This document shows, in pieces, positions 47,209 through 58,821 of a stretch of DNA of 64,000 nt. Position numbers and translations under genes: made by a program. The DNA is from Halothiobacillus sp. (GTDB lineage Bacteria; Pseudomonadota; Gammaproteobacteria; JAAZVP01). The notes below the pieces were generated by a model that saw nothing but the letters and a program-made list of their open reading frames with translations, made no database searches and was not told the DNA's origin. Position 1 is the stretch's first letter. The number at the start of each line of letters is the position of its first letter. The stretch is from the NCBI GenBank assembly GCA_018623495.1, contig JAAZVP010000006.1, forward strand, positions 5,353-69,352, in the 5' to 3' direction.

Positions 47209-47964
47209 TCAGGCGCGGCCGGACTTGACGTCCTTCCAGTACTCCCGCTTGAGCAGGAAGATGATCACCAGAAAGATCAGCAGGAAACCGATCACCTTGG
47301 GGGCAAGGCGATGGGCCTGGATCTGCGACGGCTCGCCCATGTAGACCATGAAGTTCACCAGGTCGCGGATCATGGCGTCGAACTCGTCCGGCGACAGGGT
47401 GCCCGGCTCGGCGAGCTCCAGGTGGTCGAGGGTCTCGTGGGTCTCGCCGTCGGCGCCCTTCTCGGTCTTGTAGACGGCCTCCTGGATGCCCTGCTCGCGC
47501 CAGAAGACGTGGGGCATGGAGACGTCGGGGAAGAGCGCGTTGTTCACGCCCAGGGCCTTGTCCGGGTCGCGGTAGAAGCTGCGCAGGTAGGTGTAGAGCC
47601 AGTCGGCCCCGCGCACCCGCGCCACCAGGCTGAGATCGGGCGGCACGGCACCGAAGGCGTCCCGGGCATAGTCGTCGGTCATGGCCGCGTTGGTCATGGT
47701 CTCGCCGATCTTGGCATCACCGCGGACCAGGCGGGCCTTGACGTCCTCGGGGCTCATGCCCAGGTCCTCGCCGATGCGCTGGTAACGCATGTACTGGGCG
47801 CCGTGGCAGCTGGCGCAGTAGTCGACGAAGATCTCGGCGCCCCGCTGGAGCGAGGCCGTGTCGCCCATGTCGATGTCGACCTCGTCGAGGTCGGCATGGC
47901 CGCCCCCGGCGGCCGAGGCCGCGACCGGCACCAGCATCATCAGGGTCAGAAGGAGGCGCTTCAT
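47209..47964 (-). CDS. petC: Cytochrome c1 of the ubiquinol-cytochrome c reductase
   Basis: Signal peptide, heme site CASCHG, PPDLSLV, MPHV, C-terminal TM anchor. The ATG 47964 overlaps the petB stop. Confidence 0.9.
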   Translation of the reverse strand: MKRLLLTLMMLVPVAASAAGGGHADLDEVDIDMGDTASLQRGAEIFVDYCASCHGAQYMRYQRIGEDLGMSPEDVKARLVRGDAKIGETMTNAAMTDDYARDAFGAVPPDLSLVARVRGADWLYTYLRSFYRDPDKALGVNNALFPDVSMPHVFWREQGIQEAVYKTEKGADGETHETLDHLELAEPGTLSPDEFDAMIRDLVNFMVYMGEPSQIQAHRLAPKVIGFLLIFLVIIFLLKREYWKDVKSGRA

Positions 47965-49175
47965 TTGGCTGTCACTCTCTCGGGAACGGGGCGGGTTTTC
48001 TCGTGTCGGCTGATCAGCCACAGGGCCACGAAGAAACCGAAGTAGACGGCGGTGAAGATCCGCGCCAGCAGCGTCAACAGGGGAGTGGCGGGCTGCATGC
48101 CCAGCCAGCCGAGGAAGACGAAGCTGACCACGAACGCGCCCAGGAGCACCTTGTAGGCCAGCGAGCGGTAGCGGATGGAGCGCACGCCGCTGCGGTCCAG
48201 CCAGGGCATCAGGAAGAGCACGATGATCGCCCCGCCCATGGCCACCACGCCCAGGAACTTGTCCGGGACCGCCCGCAGGATCGCGTAGAAGGGCGTGAAG
48301 TACCACACCGGCGCGATGTGCTCGGGGGTCTTGAGCGGGTCGGCGGGCTGGAAGTTCGGCGGCTCAAGGAAGTACCCGCCCATCTCGGGCATGTAGAAGA
48401 CCACGATGAAGAAGAAGATCAAAAAGACCGTGGCCCCCACCATGTCCTTGAGGGTGTAGTAGGGATGGAAGGGGATGCCGTCGAGCGGCTTGCCGTGCTC
48501 GTCCTTGTGCTCCTTGATCTCCACCCCGTCGGGGTTGTTCGAGCCCACCTCGTGCAGCGCCATGATGTGCGCACCGATGAGGAACAGCAGCACCAGCGGC
48601 AGGGCAATGACGTGCAGGGCGAAGAAGCGGTTGAGGGTGATGTCGGAGACCACGTAGTCGCCGCGGATCCACAGCGCGAGATCCGGGCCGATCACGGGGA
48701 TGGAACCGAACAGGGAGATGATCACCTGGGCACCCCAGTACGACATCTGGCCCCAAGGCAGCAGGTAGCCCATGAAGGCCTCGGCCATCAGCACCAGGTA
48801 GATCAGCATGCCGAAGATCCAGACCAGCTCGCGCGGCTTCTTGTAGGAGCCGTACATCAGCCCGCGGAACATGTGCAGGTAGATGACCACGAAGAAGGCC
48901 GAGGCGCCGGTGGAGTGCATGTAGCGGATCAGCCAGCCCCACTCCACGTCGCGCATGATGTACTCGACGGAGCCGAAGGCCAGGTCACCGTCGGGCTTGT
49001 AGTTCATGGTCAGCCAGATACCGGTGACGATCTGGATCATGGAGACCAGCAGCGCCAGCGAGCCGAAGAAGTACCAGAGGTTGAAGTTCTTCGGCACGTA
49101 GTAGCCCGAAAGGTGGGCGTTCCAGAACCGGGATACCGGCAGTCGATTGTCGAACCAGTGGAAAACCTGCCTCAT
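47961..49175 (-). CDS. petB: Cytochrome b
   Basis: WWNFGSL-type N-terminus (NLWYFFGSLAL), RYMHSTGASAFF, HLLPWGQMSYWGAQVI-like, PEWYF-like (APVWYFTPFYAILR). Confidence 0.95.
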   Translation of the reverse strand: MRQVFHWFDNRLPVSRFWNAHLSGYYVPKNFNLWYFFGSLALLVSMIQIVTGIWLTMNYKPDGDLAFGSVEYIMRDVEWGWLIRYMHSTGASAFFVVIYLHMFRGLMYGSYKKPRELVWIFGMLIYLVLMAEAFMGYLLPWGQMSYWGAQVIISLFGSIPVIGPDLALWIRGDYVVSDITLNRFFALHVIALPLVLLFLIGAHIMALHEVGSNNPDGVEIKEHKDEHGKPLDGIPFHPYYTLKDMVGATVFLIFFFIVVFYMPEMGGYFLEPPNFQPADPLKTPEHIAPVWYFTPFYAILRAVPDKFLGVVAMGGAIIVLFLMPWLDRSGVRSIRYRSLAYKVLLGAFVVSFVFLGWLGMQPATPLLTLLARIFTAVYFGFFVALWLISRHEKTRPVPERVTAK

Positions 49176-49771
49176 GAGACCGCCTCCGGGTCTTCACCAA
49201 TGAGAATGCGCGAGTCGGTCACGAACCGGTAGGGCGGCACCTCGAGGTTGGTGGGTGCGGGCACGCCCTTGTAGACCCGGCCGGCGAGGTCGAACCGCGA
49301 GCCGTGGCAGGGGCAGAAAAAGCCGCCCCGCCAGTCCTCCCCCAGATCGGCGGGGGCGATCTCGGGCCGATAGGTGGGCGCGCAGCCGAGATGGGTACAG
49401 ATCCCCACCATTACCATGTACTCGGGCCGAAGCGACCGGTACTCGTTCTGCGCGTAGTCCGGCTGCTGGTCGGCCCGGGTGGAATGGGGATCGCGCAGAC
49501 GGTCGTCGAGCTCGGGCAGAAAGCCGAGCATCTTGTCGCTGCGATGCACGATCCACACGGGCTTGCCACGCCACTCGACGGTCACCATCTGCCCCGGCTG
49601 CAGCCGGGAGACATCCACCTCCACCGGCGCACCGGCAGCCTCGGCCTTGGCGCTGGGCTTGAAGGAGGCGAGGAAGGGAATGGTGGCCGCCGCGAGGCCG
49701 GCGCCACCCACCACGGTGGCCGCGCCCGTCAGGAAACGGCGACGCGCCTTGTTAACGCCACTATCCGGCAT
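49172..49771 (-). CDS. petA: Ubiquinol-cytochrome c reductase Rieske iron-sulfur subunit
   Basis: ATG 49771. Tat-like RRRFLTGAATV. CTHLGC...CPCHGSRFD Rieske boxes. Confidence 0.93.
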   Translation of the reverse strand: MPDSGVNKARRRFLTGAATVVGGAGLAAATIPFLASFKPSAKAEAAGAPVEVDVSRLQPGQMVTVEWRGKPVWIVHRSDKMLGFLPELDDRLRDPHSTRADQQPDYAQNEYRSLRPEYMVMVGICTHLGCAPTYRPEIAPADLGEDWRGGFFCPCHGSRFDLAGRVYKGVPAPTNLEVPPYRFVTDSRILIGEDPEAVS

Positions 49772-49961
49772 CGATGCTCTCCAGTGAGGACTTGGCTTCT
49801 TGTCGGGATGGCGTGGCCGAGCCCGCGAGCCCGAACGCCTGGGTTGCCCCTTGGCCGGGGCCCGCGGGCTCCCGTCACAAAAGCGACACAAGGATTCCGC
49901 AAGGGTTGCAGGGCGTCAAGGTGCATTCCCCGACCGCGGCACTCGGGTTTTTTATTGATAA

Positions 49962-50726
49962 TCAGGCCGGGTTATCGACGTCCACGAATTCGTGCTCGAG
50001 ATCGAACCGCTTGGCGAGATGCTCGCCCAGCGCGCGGGCGCCCATGCGCTCGGTGGCGTGGTGTCCGCAGGCAAAGAAGTGAATGCCCCGTTCGCGGGCG
50101 ATATGGATGGTGCGCTCGGAGACCTCGCCGGTCATGAAGGCGTCCAGCCCCAGGTCGGCGGCCTCGTCGATGAAACCCTGCGCCCCGCCGGAACAGATGC
50201 CCAGGCTGCGGATGTGTTCCGGGCCGCCGGGCTCGACCAGCGGCTCGCGGTCCAGCAGGCCGGCGATCCGGGCCCCCAGCTCCGCGGCCCCCAGCGGCTC
50301 GTGCAGGCGGCCGTAGACGGCCAGCTCGCGCCCCTGCCCACCGGCGAACCAGCCGTCGGCGTGCAGGCCCAGGGCGTGGGCCAGCTGGGCGTTGTTGCCC
50401 AGATCCCGGTGGGCGTCCAGCGGCAGGTGGTAGGCGATGAGGTTGATGCCGTTGGCCAGCAGGGCCTCGAGCCGACGGCGCTTCATCCCGGTCACGCAGG
50501 GGGATTCACCCTTCCAGAAATAGCCGTGATGGACCAGCAGGGCGTCGGCGCCACGCTCCACGGCGACGTCCACCAGTGCCTGGCAGGCGGTCACCCCGGA
50601 AACGATCCGCGAGATGGTCTCGCGGCCCTCCACCTGCAGGCCGTTGGGGGCGTAGTCGCGGAAGGCATCGGCCTCCAGCAACCAGTCGCTGTAGTCCACC
50701 AGTGCCTTGCGGCTGACCTCACCCAT
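49962..50726 (-). CDS. Nif3-like dinuclear metal centre protein (YbgI family)
   Basis: APNGLQVEG...VSGVTA...ADALLVHHGYFWKGE...NLIAYHLPLDAH...GNNAQLA...FMTGEVSE. Confidence 0.88.
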   Translation of the reverse strand: MGEVSRKALVDYSDWLLEADAFRDYAPNGLQVEGRETISRIVSGVTACQALVDVAVERGADALLVHHGYFWKGESPCVTGMKRRRLEALLANGINLIAYHLPLDAHRDLGNNAQLAHALGLHADGWFAGGQGRELAVYGRLHEPLGAAELGARIAGLLDREPLVEPGGPEHIRSLGICSGGAQGFIDEAADLGLDAFMTGEVSERTIHIARERGIHFFACGHHATERMGARALGEHLAKRFDLEHEFVDVDNPA

Positions 50727-50742
50727 GACGCTCTCCTCCGCT

Positions 50743-51822
50743 TCAGAGGGCGCGTTGCAGCGCCTCGAGAAATGCCTCGTTTTCCTCCGGCCGCCCCACG
50801 GTGACCCGCAGGCAATCGCTCAGCAGCCCACCGGACCCGTGGAGGTTCTTGATCAGGATACCGGCATCGAGCAGCGCATCGAAGAGCGCGTCCGCCCGGC
50901 CCGCGGGCACGCGAAAGAGGATGAAGTTGGCCCGCGAGGGAAAGGGCTCGATGCCGTCGAGGGCGGCCAGCGCCTCGAACAGGCGGCCGCGCTCCTCGGT
51001 GAGGCGCGCGGTCTGCGCCTCGAAGACCTCGATGTGCTCGAGGGCGAACTCGCCGGTCACCTGGGTCAGGGTGTTGATGTTGTAGGGCAGGCGCAGCTTG
51101 TCGAACTCGCGCAGCCAGGGCTCCGGCCCGGCGAGCATCCCCAGCCGCAGGCCGGCCAGGCCCAGCTTGGAGACGGTGCGCATCACCAGCAGGTTGTCGT
51201 ACTCGCCCAGCTTGTCCATGAAGCTCGCCCCGGCGAAGGCGTGGTAGGCCTCGTCGACCACCACCAGCCCGGGGGCGAGCTCGATGATCTCGCGGATCTC
51301 GGCCTCGTCGAAGAGGTTGCCGGTGGGGTTGTTGGGATAGGCGAGAAAGACCACCGCCGGCCGCTGTTCCAGCAGCGCCGCGCGCATGGCCTCCATGTCC
51401 AGGGAGAAATCCTCGGCCAGCGGGACGCCGATGAAGTCGATGCCGGCGAAGGTGGCGATCATGCGGAACATCGCGAAGCTGGGCACCGGCGCCATGATCG
51501 CCCGTCCCGGCTCGGCCACCGCGAGCGTCACCAGCTGGATCAGTTCGTCGGAGCCGTTGCCCAGGATCACGGCGGCGTCGTCGGGCACGCCCATGGCGGC
51601 CGCCACCCGCTGGCGCAGCTTGCGCGCGGCGGCATCCGGGTAGCGGTTGACGGTGACGCCCTCCAGGCGCCGCTGCCAGTCCGCCGTCAACGCGTCGGGC
51701 CAGGTGTAGGGGTTCTCCATGGCATCCAGCTTGATCAGCCCGGAGGAATCCGGCACCGGGTAGGCCTGGAGTTCCTGGATCTCGGGGCGGATCCACTCGC
51801 GCACGCGCTCGCCGGCTCCCAT
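50743..51822 (-). CDS. hisC: Histidinol-phosphate aminotransferase
   Basis: ATG 51822 overlaps the hisD stop. KLDAMENPY...NRYPD...LGNGSDELI...YPNNPTGN...VVVDEAY..F....VMRTVSKLGLAGLRLG. Confidence 0.92.
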   Translation of the reverse strand: MGAGERVREWIRPEIQELQAYPVPDSSGLIKLDAMENPYTWPDALTADWQRRLEGVTVNRYPDAAARKLRQRVAAAMGVPDDAAVILGNGSDELIQLVTLAVAEPGRAIMAPVPSFAMFRMIATFAGIDFIGVPLAEDFSLDMEAMRAALLEQRPAVVFLAYPNNPTGNLFDEAEIREIIELAPGLVVVDEAYHAFAGASFMDKLGEYDNLLVMRTVSKLGLAGLRLGMLAGPEPWLREFDKLRLPYNINTLTQVTGEFALEHIEVFEAQTARLTEERGRLFEALAALDGIEPFPSRANFILFRVPAGRADALFDALLDAGILIKNLHGSGGLLSDCLRVTVGRPEENEAFLEALQRAL

Positions 51823-53132
51823 CAGCCGCCCTCCTCTCGGGTCCGGTACTCGGCCGAGCGGGCATGGGCCTCGAGGCCCTCTCCGCGCGCCAGGGTGGCC
51901 GCGGTGGGACCGAGGTTGGCCGCGCCGGCGGCCGAGCAGCCGATCAGGCTGGAACGCTTCTGGAAGTCGTAGACCCCCAGCGGCGAGGAGAACCGGGCCG
52001 TGCGCGAGGTGGGCAGCACGTGGTTGGGGCCGGCACAGTAGTCTCCCAGGGCCTCGGCGGTGTAACGGCCCATGAAGATGGCGCCGGCATTGCGGACCCG
52101 GGCCGCCAGGCCCTCGGCGTCGGCCACGGAGAGTTCCAGGTGCTCGGGGGCGACGAAGTCGATCACCTCGGCGGCCTCGTCGAGGTCGCGCACCTTGATC
52201 AGTGCGCCCCGCTCGGCCATGGAGGCGGCGATGATCTCGCGCCGGGGCATCTCCGGCAGCAGCCGCTCGATGCTCTCGGCCACCCGCTCGAGGAAGGCGC
52301 CGTCCGGCGAGACCAGGATGGCCTGGGCATCCTCGTCGTGCTCGGCCTGGGAGAAGAGATCCATGGCGATCCAGTCGGGGTCGGTCTGGCCGTCGCAGAC
52401 CACCAGGATCTCCGAGGGGCCGGCGATCATGTCGATGCCCACGGTGCCGAAGACCTGGCGCTTGGCGGTGGCGACGAAGACGTTGCCCGGGCCGGTGATC
52501 TTGTCCACCTGCGGGATGCTCTCCGTGCCGTAGGCCAGCGCGGCCACGGCCTGGGCCCCGCCCAGGGCGATGACGCGGTCCACGCCGGCGATGGCGGCGG
52601 CCGCCATGACCATGTCGTTGCGCTCGCCCCGGGGCGTGGGCACCACCATGATCACCTCGGGCACGCCCGCCACCTTGGCGGGCACGGCGTTCATCAGCAC
52701 CGAGGAGGGATAGGCGGCCTTGCCGCCCGGCACGTACAGACCGGCACGGTCCAGCGGGCTGACCTGCTGGCCGAGCACGGTGCCGTCGGCCTCGGTGTAG
52801 GACCAGGAGGCCATGGACTGGTGCCCGGCGTAGGCCCGCAGCCGCTCGGCGGCCGCCCGGAGGGCCTCGCGCTGGTCGGCGGGGATGCGCTCCAGGGCGG
52901 CCTCCAGCTCGGCGGCGGGGATCTCCAGCTCGGCCATGGAGGCCACGTCCAGGTGGTCGAAGCGGCGGGTGTACTCGAGCACCGCCGCGTCGCCGCGACG
53001 GCGGACGTCGTCGAGAATGCCGCGGACCGTGTCCTTGATGCGGTCGTCGGAGACCGATTCCCACTCCAGCAGGCGGCCGAGCCGCTCGCGGAAGTCGGCC
53101 TGGGCGGAATCGAGGCGGGTGATCTCGGGCAT
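51822..53132 (-). CDS. hisD: Histidinol dehydrogenase
   Basis: [25 protein letters not shown]...[44 protein letters not shown]...SQAEHD. Confidence 0.95.
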   Translation of the reverse strand: MPEITRLDSAQADFRERLGRLLEWESVSDDRIKDTVRGILDDVRRRGDAAVLEYTRRFDHLDVASMAELEIPAAELEAALERIPADQREALRAAAERLRAYAGHQSMASWSYTEADGTVLGQQVSPLDRAGLYVPGGKAAYPSSVLMNAVPAKVAGVPEVIMVVPTPRGERNDMVMAAAAIAGVDRVIALGGAQAVAALAYGTESIPQVDKITGPGNVFVATAKRQVFGTVGIDMIAGPSEILVVCDGQTDPDWIAMDLFSQAEHDEDAQAILVSPDGAFLERVAESIERLLPEMPRREIIAASMAERGALIKVRDLDEAAEVIDFVAPEHLELSVADAEGLAARVRNAGAIFMGRYTAEALGDYCAGPNHVLPTSRTARFSSPLGVYDFQKRSSLIGCSAAGAANLGPTAATLARGEGLEAHARSAEYRTREEGG

Positions 53133-53159
53133 TTGCGTCCCTCCCCTGGGCAGGGCCGG

Positions 53160-53804
53160 TTACCGGGCGGCGGCCACGGCGTCGGCGATCTGGGCGATGA
53201 ACTCGCGGATGCGGGCGTGCTTGATCTTGAGCGAGGCCTTGTTGACGATCAGCCGGGAGCTGATGTCGGCGATGTGTTCCAGCGGCTCGAGGCCGTTGGC
53301 CCGCAGGGTGTTGCCGGTGTCGACCACGTCGACGATGAAGTCGGCGAGCCCCACCAGCGGCGCCAGCTCCATGGAGCCGTAGAGCTTGACCAGCTCCACC
53401 TGTCGGCCCTCGTCGGAGAAGTGGTCCCGGGCACAGTTGACGTACTTGGTGGCCACGCGCACCCGCGCGCCGGCCGGCGGCAGCGCCTCGCCCTCGCGCC
53501 CGGCGACCATGAGCCTGCAGCGGGCGATCTCCAGGTCCACGGGCTCGTAGAGGCCCTCGCCGCCGTGCTCCATGAGCACGTCCTTGCCCGCCACGCCCAC
53601 GTCGGCGGCGCCGTACTGCACGTGCGTGGGCACGTCGGTGGCGCGCAGGATCAGCAGCTTCACGCCCGGCTGGTTGGTATCCAGGATGAGCTTGCGGCTC
53701 TTGTCCGGATCCTCGGTGGGCTCGATCCCCGCCGCGCGCAGCAGCGGCAGGGTCTCCTTGAAGATGCGCCCCTTGGAGAGGGCTATGGTCAGACGGTCAC
53801 TCAT
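53160..53804 (-). CDS. hisG: ATP phosphoribosyltransferase (short form)
   Basis: LTIALSKGR......LL..AGI.......SRKL........VK.L.LRA.DVP..V..GAAD.G..GKDVL.E... Confidence 0.93.
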   Translation of the reverse strand: MSDRLTIALSKGRIFKETLPLLRAAGIEPTEDPDKSRKLILDTNQPGVKLLILRATDVPTHVQYGAADVGVAGKDVLMEHGGEGLYEPVDLEIARCRLMVAGREGEALPPAGARVRVATKYVNCARDHFSDEGRQVELVKLYGSMELAPLVGLADFIVDVVDTGNTLRANGLEPLEHIADISSRLIVNKASLKIKHARIREFIAQIADAVAAAR

Positions 53805-53819
53805 ACAGGCCTCGTTGCA

Positions 53820-55463
<1,644 letters not shown>

Positions 55464-55467
<4 letters not shown>

Positions 55468-56102
55468 CCCGCCTGCTCCCGGTTGCGGCTGCGCATCTGC
55501 TCGATCACGCCGTCGATGCCGCTCATGCGGATCTGCTGGGCGAAACTGGCGCGGTAGTTGGTCACCAGGCTGACGCCCTCGACGGTCACGTCGTAGACCT
55601 GCCAGTCGCCGGCATCGGTGCGGTGGAGGCGGTAGTCGATGGGGATGGCCATGCCGCGGTCGTCGCGGATCTCGGTGCGCACGGTGACGTCCCCGCGCTC
55701 CACCGAGCCCCGCGACGGCAGGAACGCGATCTCCTGGCCGTCGTAGGACTCCAGCGAACGGGCGTAGGTGCGCACCAGCAGCTGGCGGAACTCCTCCTGG
55801 AAGGCCGCCTGCTGATCCTCGCTGGCCCGGCGCCAGTAGCGGCCCAGCACCAGCCGGCTCATCATCTCGAAATCGAAGTGCGGCAGCACCTCTTCCTGGA
55901 CCAGCGCGTAGACGGTCTGCGGCTCGGTCTCCAGCTGCTCGCGGTGGCTTTCCAGGAGCGAGACCACCTCCTCGGCGGTCTCGCGCACCAGCTCCTCCGG
56001 TGCCGGCTGGGCGACCGCCGCCGGCGGCAGCGACAGCAGCAGGGCCATGATCATCCGATGAACACGTGCTCGCACGGTGGTTCTCCCTGGTTGCGGCCTC
56101 AC
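55464..56102 (-). CDS. mlaC: Phospholipid-binding periplasmic protein MlaC
   Basis: Signal peptide ...LLLSLPPAAVAQP. FDFEMMSRLVLGRYWRRAS..Q...F..EF..LLVRTYA (Tol_Tol_Ttg2 family). A start further inside the ORF is possible. Confidence 0.85.
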
Positions 56103-56560
56103 TCGGCGGCCTTGTTGTAGAGGAACTGCCCGATCAGCTGCTCGAGGACCAGCGACGACTGGGTGATGCGGATCTCGTCGCCGTCGGCCAGGGGCTCCAT
56201 CGCCGCCCCCGGCTCCAGCGCCACGTACTGCTCGCCCAGAAGCCCCGAGGTGAAGATGCTCGCGCTGGTATCGCGCGGCAGCTGGTCGTACTGCGACTCG
56301 ATGTCCAGGCGCACCACCGCCTGGAAGGTCTCCATGTCGTATTCCACGCCGGCCACGCGGCCGACCGTGACACCGGCCACCTTCACCGGCGAGCGCACCG
56401 TCAGCCCGCCGATGTTGTCGAAACGGGCGGTCACCTCGAAGCCATCGCCGGCATCGTAGGTGGACAGGTTACTCGCCTTCATGGCGAGAAAGAACAGGGC
56501 CGCGAGCCCCGCGGCGACGAACAGCCCAACCAGGATCTCCACCCGGCGCGAATTGCCCAT
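56099..56560 (-). CDS. mlaD: Outer-membrane lipid asymmetry protein MlaD (MCE domain)
   Basis: VGLFV..GLAALFFLAMK.SNL....F.NIGGL..RSPVK.AGV.VGRV. Confidence 0.88.
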   Translation of the reverse strand: MGNSRRVEILVGLFVAAGLAALFFLAMKASNLSTYDAGDGFEVTARFDNIGGLTVRSPVKVAGVTVGRVAGVEYDMETFQAVVRLDIESQYDQLPRDTSASIFTSGLLGEQYVALEPGAAMEPLADGDEIRITQSSLVLEQLIGQFLYNKAAE

Positions 56561-56562
56561 GA

Positions 56563-57354
56563 TTACTCCCCGAACATCAAGGCGGTGAGAACGAAATCCA
56601 GACCCAGCACGGCCAGCGACGTGTGCACCACCGTGCGCGTGGTCGCCCGGTTGACCCCTTCCGAGGTCGGCCGGCAGTCATACCCCTCGAAGACCGCGAT
56701 CCAGGCGGCGACGAAGCCGAAGACCACGCTCTTGATCACCCCGTTGGCGACGTCCTCGAAGACGTCCACCTTGTCCTGGATCTGCGACCAGAAGGCGCCG
56801 GGGTCCACGCCCAGCAGGCCCACGCCGACCGCGAAGCCACCGCCGATGCCCACCACCGAGAAGATCGCGGCCAGAAGCGGCATCGCCAGCACCCCGGCGA
56901 GAAAGCGCGGGGCGATCACCCGGCTCATGGGGTCGACGGCCATCATCTCCATGCCCGAGAGCTGCTCGGTGGCCTTCATCAGGCCGATCTCGGCGGCCAG
57001 CGAGGAACCCGCGCGCCCGGCGAACAGCAATGCCGCCACCACCGGCCCCAGCTCGCGCACCAGCGACAGTGCCACCACCACGCCCAGGCTCTGCTCGGCA
57101 CCGAAACCCACCAGGGTGTTGTAACCCTGCAGCCCCAGGACCATGCCCACGAAGCCGCCGGAGACCACGATGATCAGCAGCGAGAGCACGCCCACCGAAT
57201 ACAGCTGGGCCACCACCAGCCCCGGCCGCAGCAGCAGCCCCGGCAGGGCCCAGAGGGTGGCCAGCAGAAACAGCGTGCCCCGCCCCAGGCGCTGGCCCGC
57301 CGCCAGCCCCCAGCGCCCCAACGCCGCCAGCCGATCCCCCAGCCACTCAAGCAT
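56563..57354 (-). CDS. mlaE: Phospholipid ABC transporter permease MlaE
   Basis: ATG 57354. VGV.SL.II.VSG.F.GMVL.LQGY..L..FGAE..LG......[15 protein letters not shown]...[18 protein letters not shown]. Confidence 0.92.
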   Translation of the reverse strand: MLEWLGDRLAALGRWGLAAGQRLGRGTLFLLATLWALPGLLLRPGLVVAQLYSVGVLSLLIIVVSGGFVGMVLGLQGYNTLVGFGAEQSLGVVVALSLVRELGPVVAALLFAGRAGSSLAAEIGLMKATEQLSGMEMMAVDPMSRVIAPRFLAGVLAMPLLAAIFSVVGIGGGFAVGVGLLGVDPGAFWSQIQDKVDVFEDVANGVIKSVVFGFVAAWIAVFEGYDCRPTSEGVNRATTRTVVHTSLAVLGLDFVLTALMFGE

Positions 57355-58180
57355 GACCGTCCACCAGCAGGTCCTCGGCGTAGTCCTGCGCCGGGTAGTG
57401 GAAGGGCACCGGCCCGTCCGGCAGCCCCTCGAGGAACTGGCGCACCCGTGGTGCCTCGGAGGCCCGCAGCTCGGCCGGCGACCCGGCGGCGACCACCCGC
57501 CCGTCGGCCACCAGGTAGACATGGTCGGCGATGGAGAGGGTCTCGGCGACGTCGTGGGAGACCACGACGCTGGTCAGGCCCAGGGCATCGTTCATCAGTC
57601 GCACCAGCTTGACCAGCACGCCCATGGAGATCGGGTCCTGGCCGGTGAACGGCTCGTCGTAGAGGATCATCATCGGATCCAGGGCGATCGCCCGGGCCAG
57701 GGCCGCCCGCCGGGCCATGCCGCCGGAGAGCTCGGCGGGCATCAGCGCGCGGGCCCCGCGCAGGCCCACCACCTGGAGCTTCATCAGCACCATCTGGCGG
57801 ATCAGTGACTCCGGCAGGCGGGTGTGCTCGCGCAGGGGGAAGGCCACGTTGTCGAACACGCTCAGGTCGGTGAGCAACGCCCCGCTCTGGAACAGCATCC
57901 CCATGCGCTGGCGCAACCGGAACAGCCGCCGGCGCGAGAGGGCGTGGACGTCCTCGCCGTCCACGTGGACGCTCCCCCCGGCCGGCCGCAGCTGCCCGCC
58001 GATCAGCTTGAGCAGCGTGGTCTTGCCGGTGCCCGACGGCCCCATGATGGCCGTCACCCGGCCCCGCGGGATGTCGATGTCCACGCCGTCGAAGATGGTC
58101 CGGCTGCCGCGGGCGAAATGCAGCCCGCGGATGCGTACCAGCGGCTCGGCGGCCATCGCCTGTTCGGTCCCGGCCCTCAT
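57347..58180 (-). CDS. mlaF: Phospholipid ABC transporter ATP-binding protein MlaF
   Basis: [50 protein letters not shown] 58180 overlaps the upstream gene's stop (ATGA); ATG 58156 is an alternative start. Confidence 0.92.
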   Translation of the reverse strand: MRAGTEQAMAAEPLVRIRGLHFARGSRTIFDGVDIDIPRGRVTAIMGPSGTGKTTLLKLIGGQLRPAGGSVHVDGEDVHALSRRRLFRLRQRMGMLFQSGALLTDLSVFDNVAFPLREHTRLPESLIRQMVLMKLQVVGLRGARALMPAELSGGMARRAALARAIALDPMMILYDEPFTGQDPISMGVLVKLVRLMNDALGLTSVVVSHDVAETLSIADHVYLVADGRVVAAGSPAELRASEAPRVRQFLEGLPDGPVPFHYPAQDYAEDLLVDGHA

Positions 58181-58818
58181 CGCAGCCCCATGAGTTCGAG
58201 CAGGGTCTGGCCCTCCTCCAGCAGGCCCACCGGCGGCGGATCGCCGTCGAGCACCAGGACGATCTCGGGGGCGCTGCAGGCCTGGCGCAGGTCGTCGATC
58301 CAGGCGCGCAGCTGGCGCACCGTGCGGCAGGCCGCCCCGGGGGGCAGCACCGCCACCGCCCGGCCGACGACCTTCAGGCCCGGCTCCAGCGGCCGCAGCA
58401 CGCGGGCGAGATCCGGCCCCTCGCCCAGGGACGCGAACACCGGTGCCCGGCGGCCCAGCTGCATGACCGCCTCGCGCGCCGTGTCGGCGTCCACCACCAC
58501 CCCGGCGAGCGCCTCGCCCAGCCGCTCCAGACGCGCCCCCGTCGGCTCGGGCTCGGCCGCTGCCTGCGGCGAGAGCTCGACCAGGAACCGAAAGCCCTCG
58601 CCGACCTCGTCGGCCCACTCCTCGAGCTCGTCGCCGGTGGCGGCGTCGAAGCGCTCGGCGGGCACCAGCACCACCGGGAACTGGTTGGCATAGTAGGCCA
58701 GCCGCCAGTCGGCGGGCAGGTCGTCGGGGTAGAAATCCGCGTCCCAGCCGGCATGTTCCCAGCCGCGGGCCCCGAGCAAGAAACGGTGCTCGGGCTGCGC
58801 TGCACTCTCCATCGGCAT
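58177..58818 (-). CDS. Divergent DUF72-like protein
   Basis: LLGARGWEHAGWDADFYPDDLPADWRLAYYANQFPVVLVP...WADEVGEGFRFLVELS aligns by eye with the DUF72 paralogue at 24700 (IGTAGWSYDHWTGPFYPDDL...FYQARFDTVEVD...VGAGFRFAVKAS). Confidence 0.6.
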   Translation of the reverse strand: MPMESAAQPEHRFLLGARGWEHAGWDADFYPDDLPADWRLAYYANQFPVVLVPAERFDAATGDELEEWADEVGEGFRFLVELSPQAAAEPEPTGARLERLGEALAGVVVDADTAREAVMQLGRRAPVFASLGEGPDLARVLRPLEPGLKVVGRAVAVLPPGAACRTVRQLRAWIDDLRQACSAPEIVLVLDGDPPPVGLLEEGQTLLELMGLR

Positions 58819-58821
58819 TCC

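Noticed and set aside
49929-49953. Plus-strand terminator-like element (CCCGA-N9-TCGGG followed by TTTTTT) between two minus-strand genes (nif3-like and petA), possibly ending an antisense RNA or sRNA
   Set aside because: The stem is only 5 bp. The T tract is part of the AT-rich region upstream of a petABC promoter-like TTGACG-17-AATCCT on the minus strand (49891..49919). There is insufficient evidence for an RNA gene.
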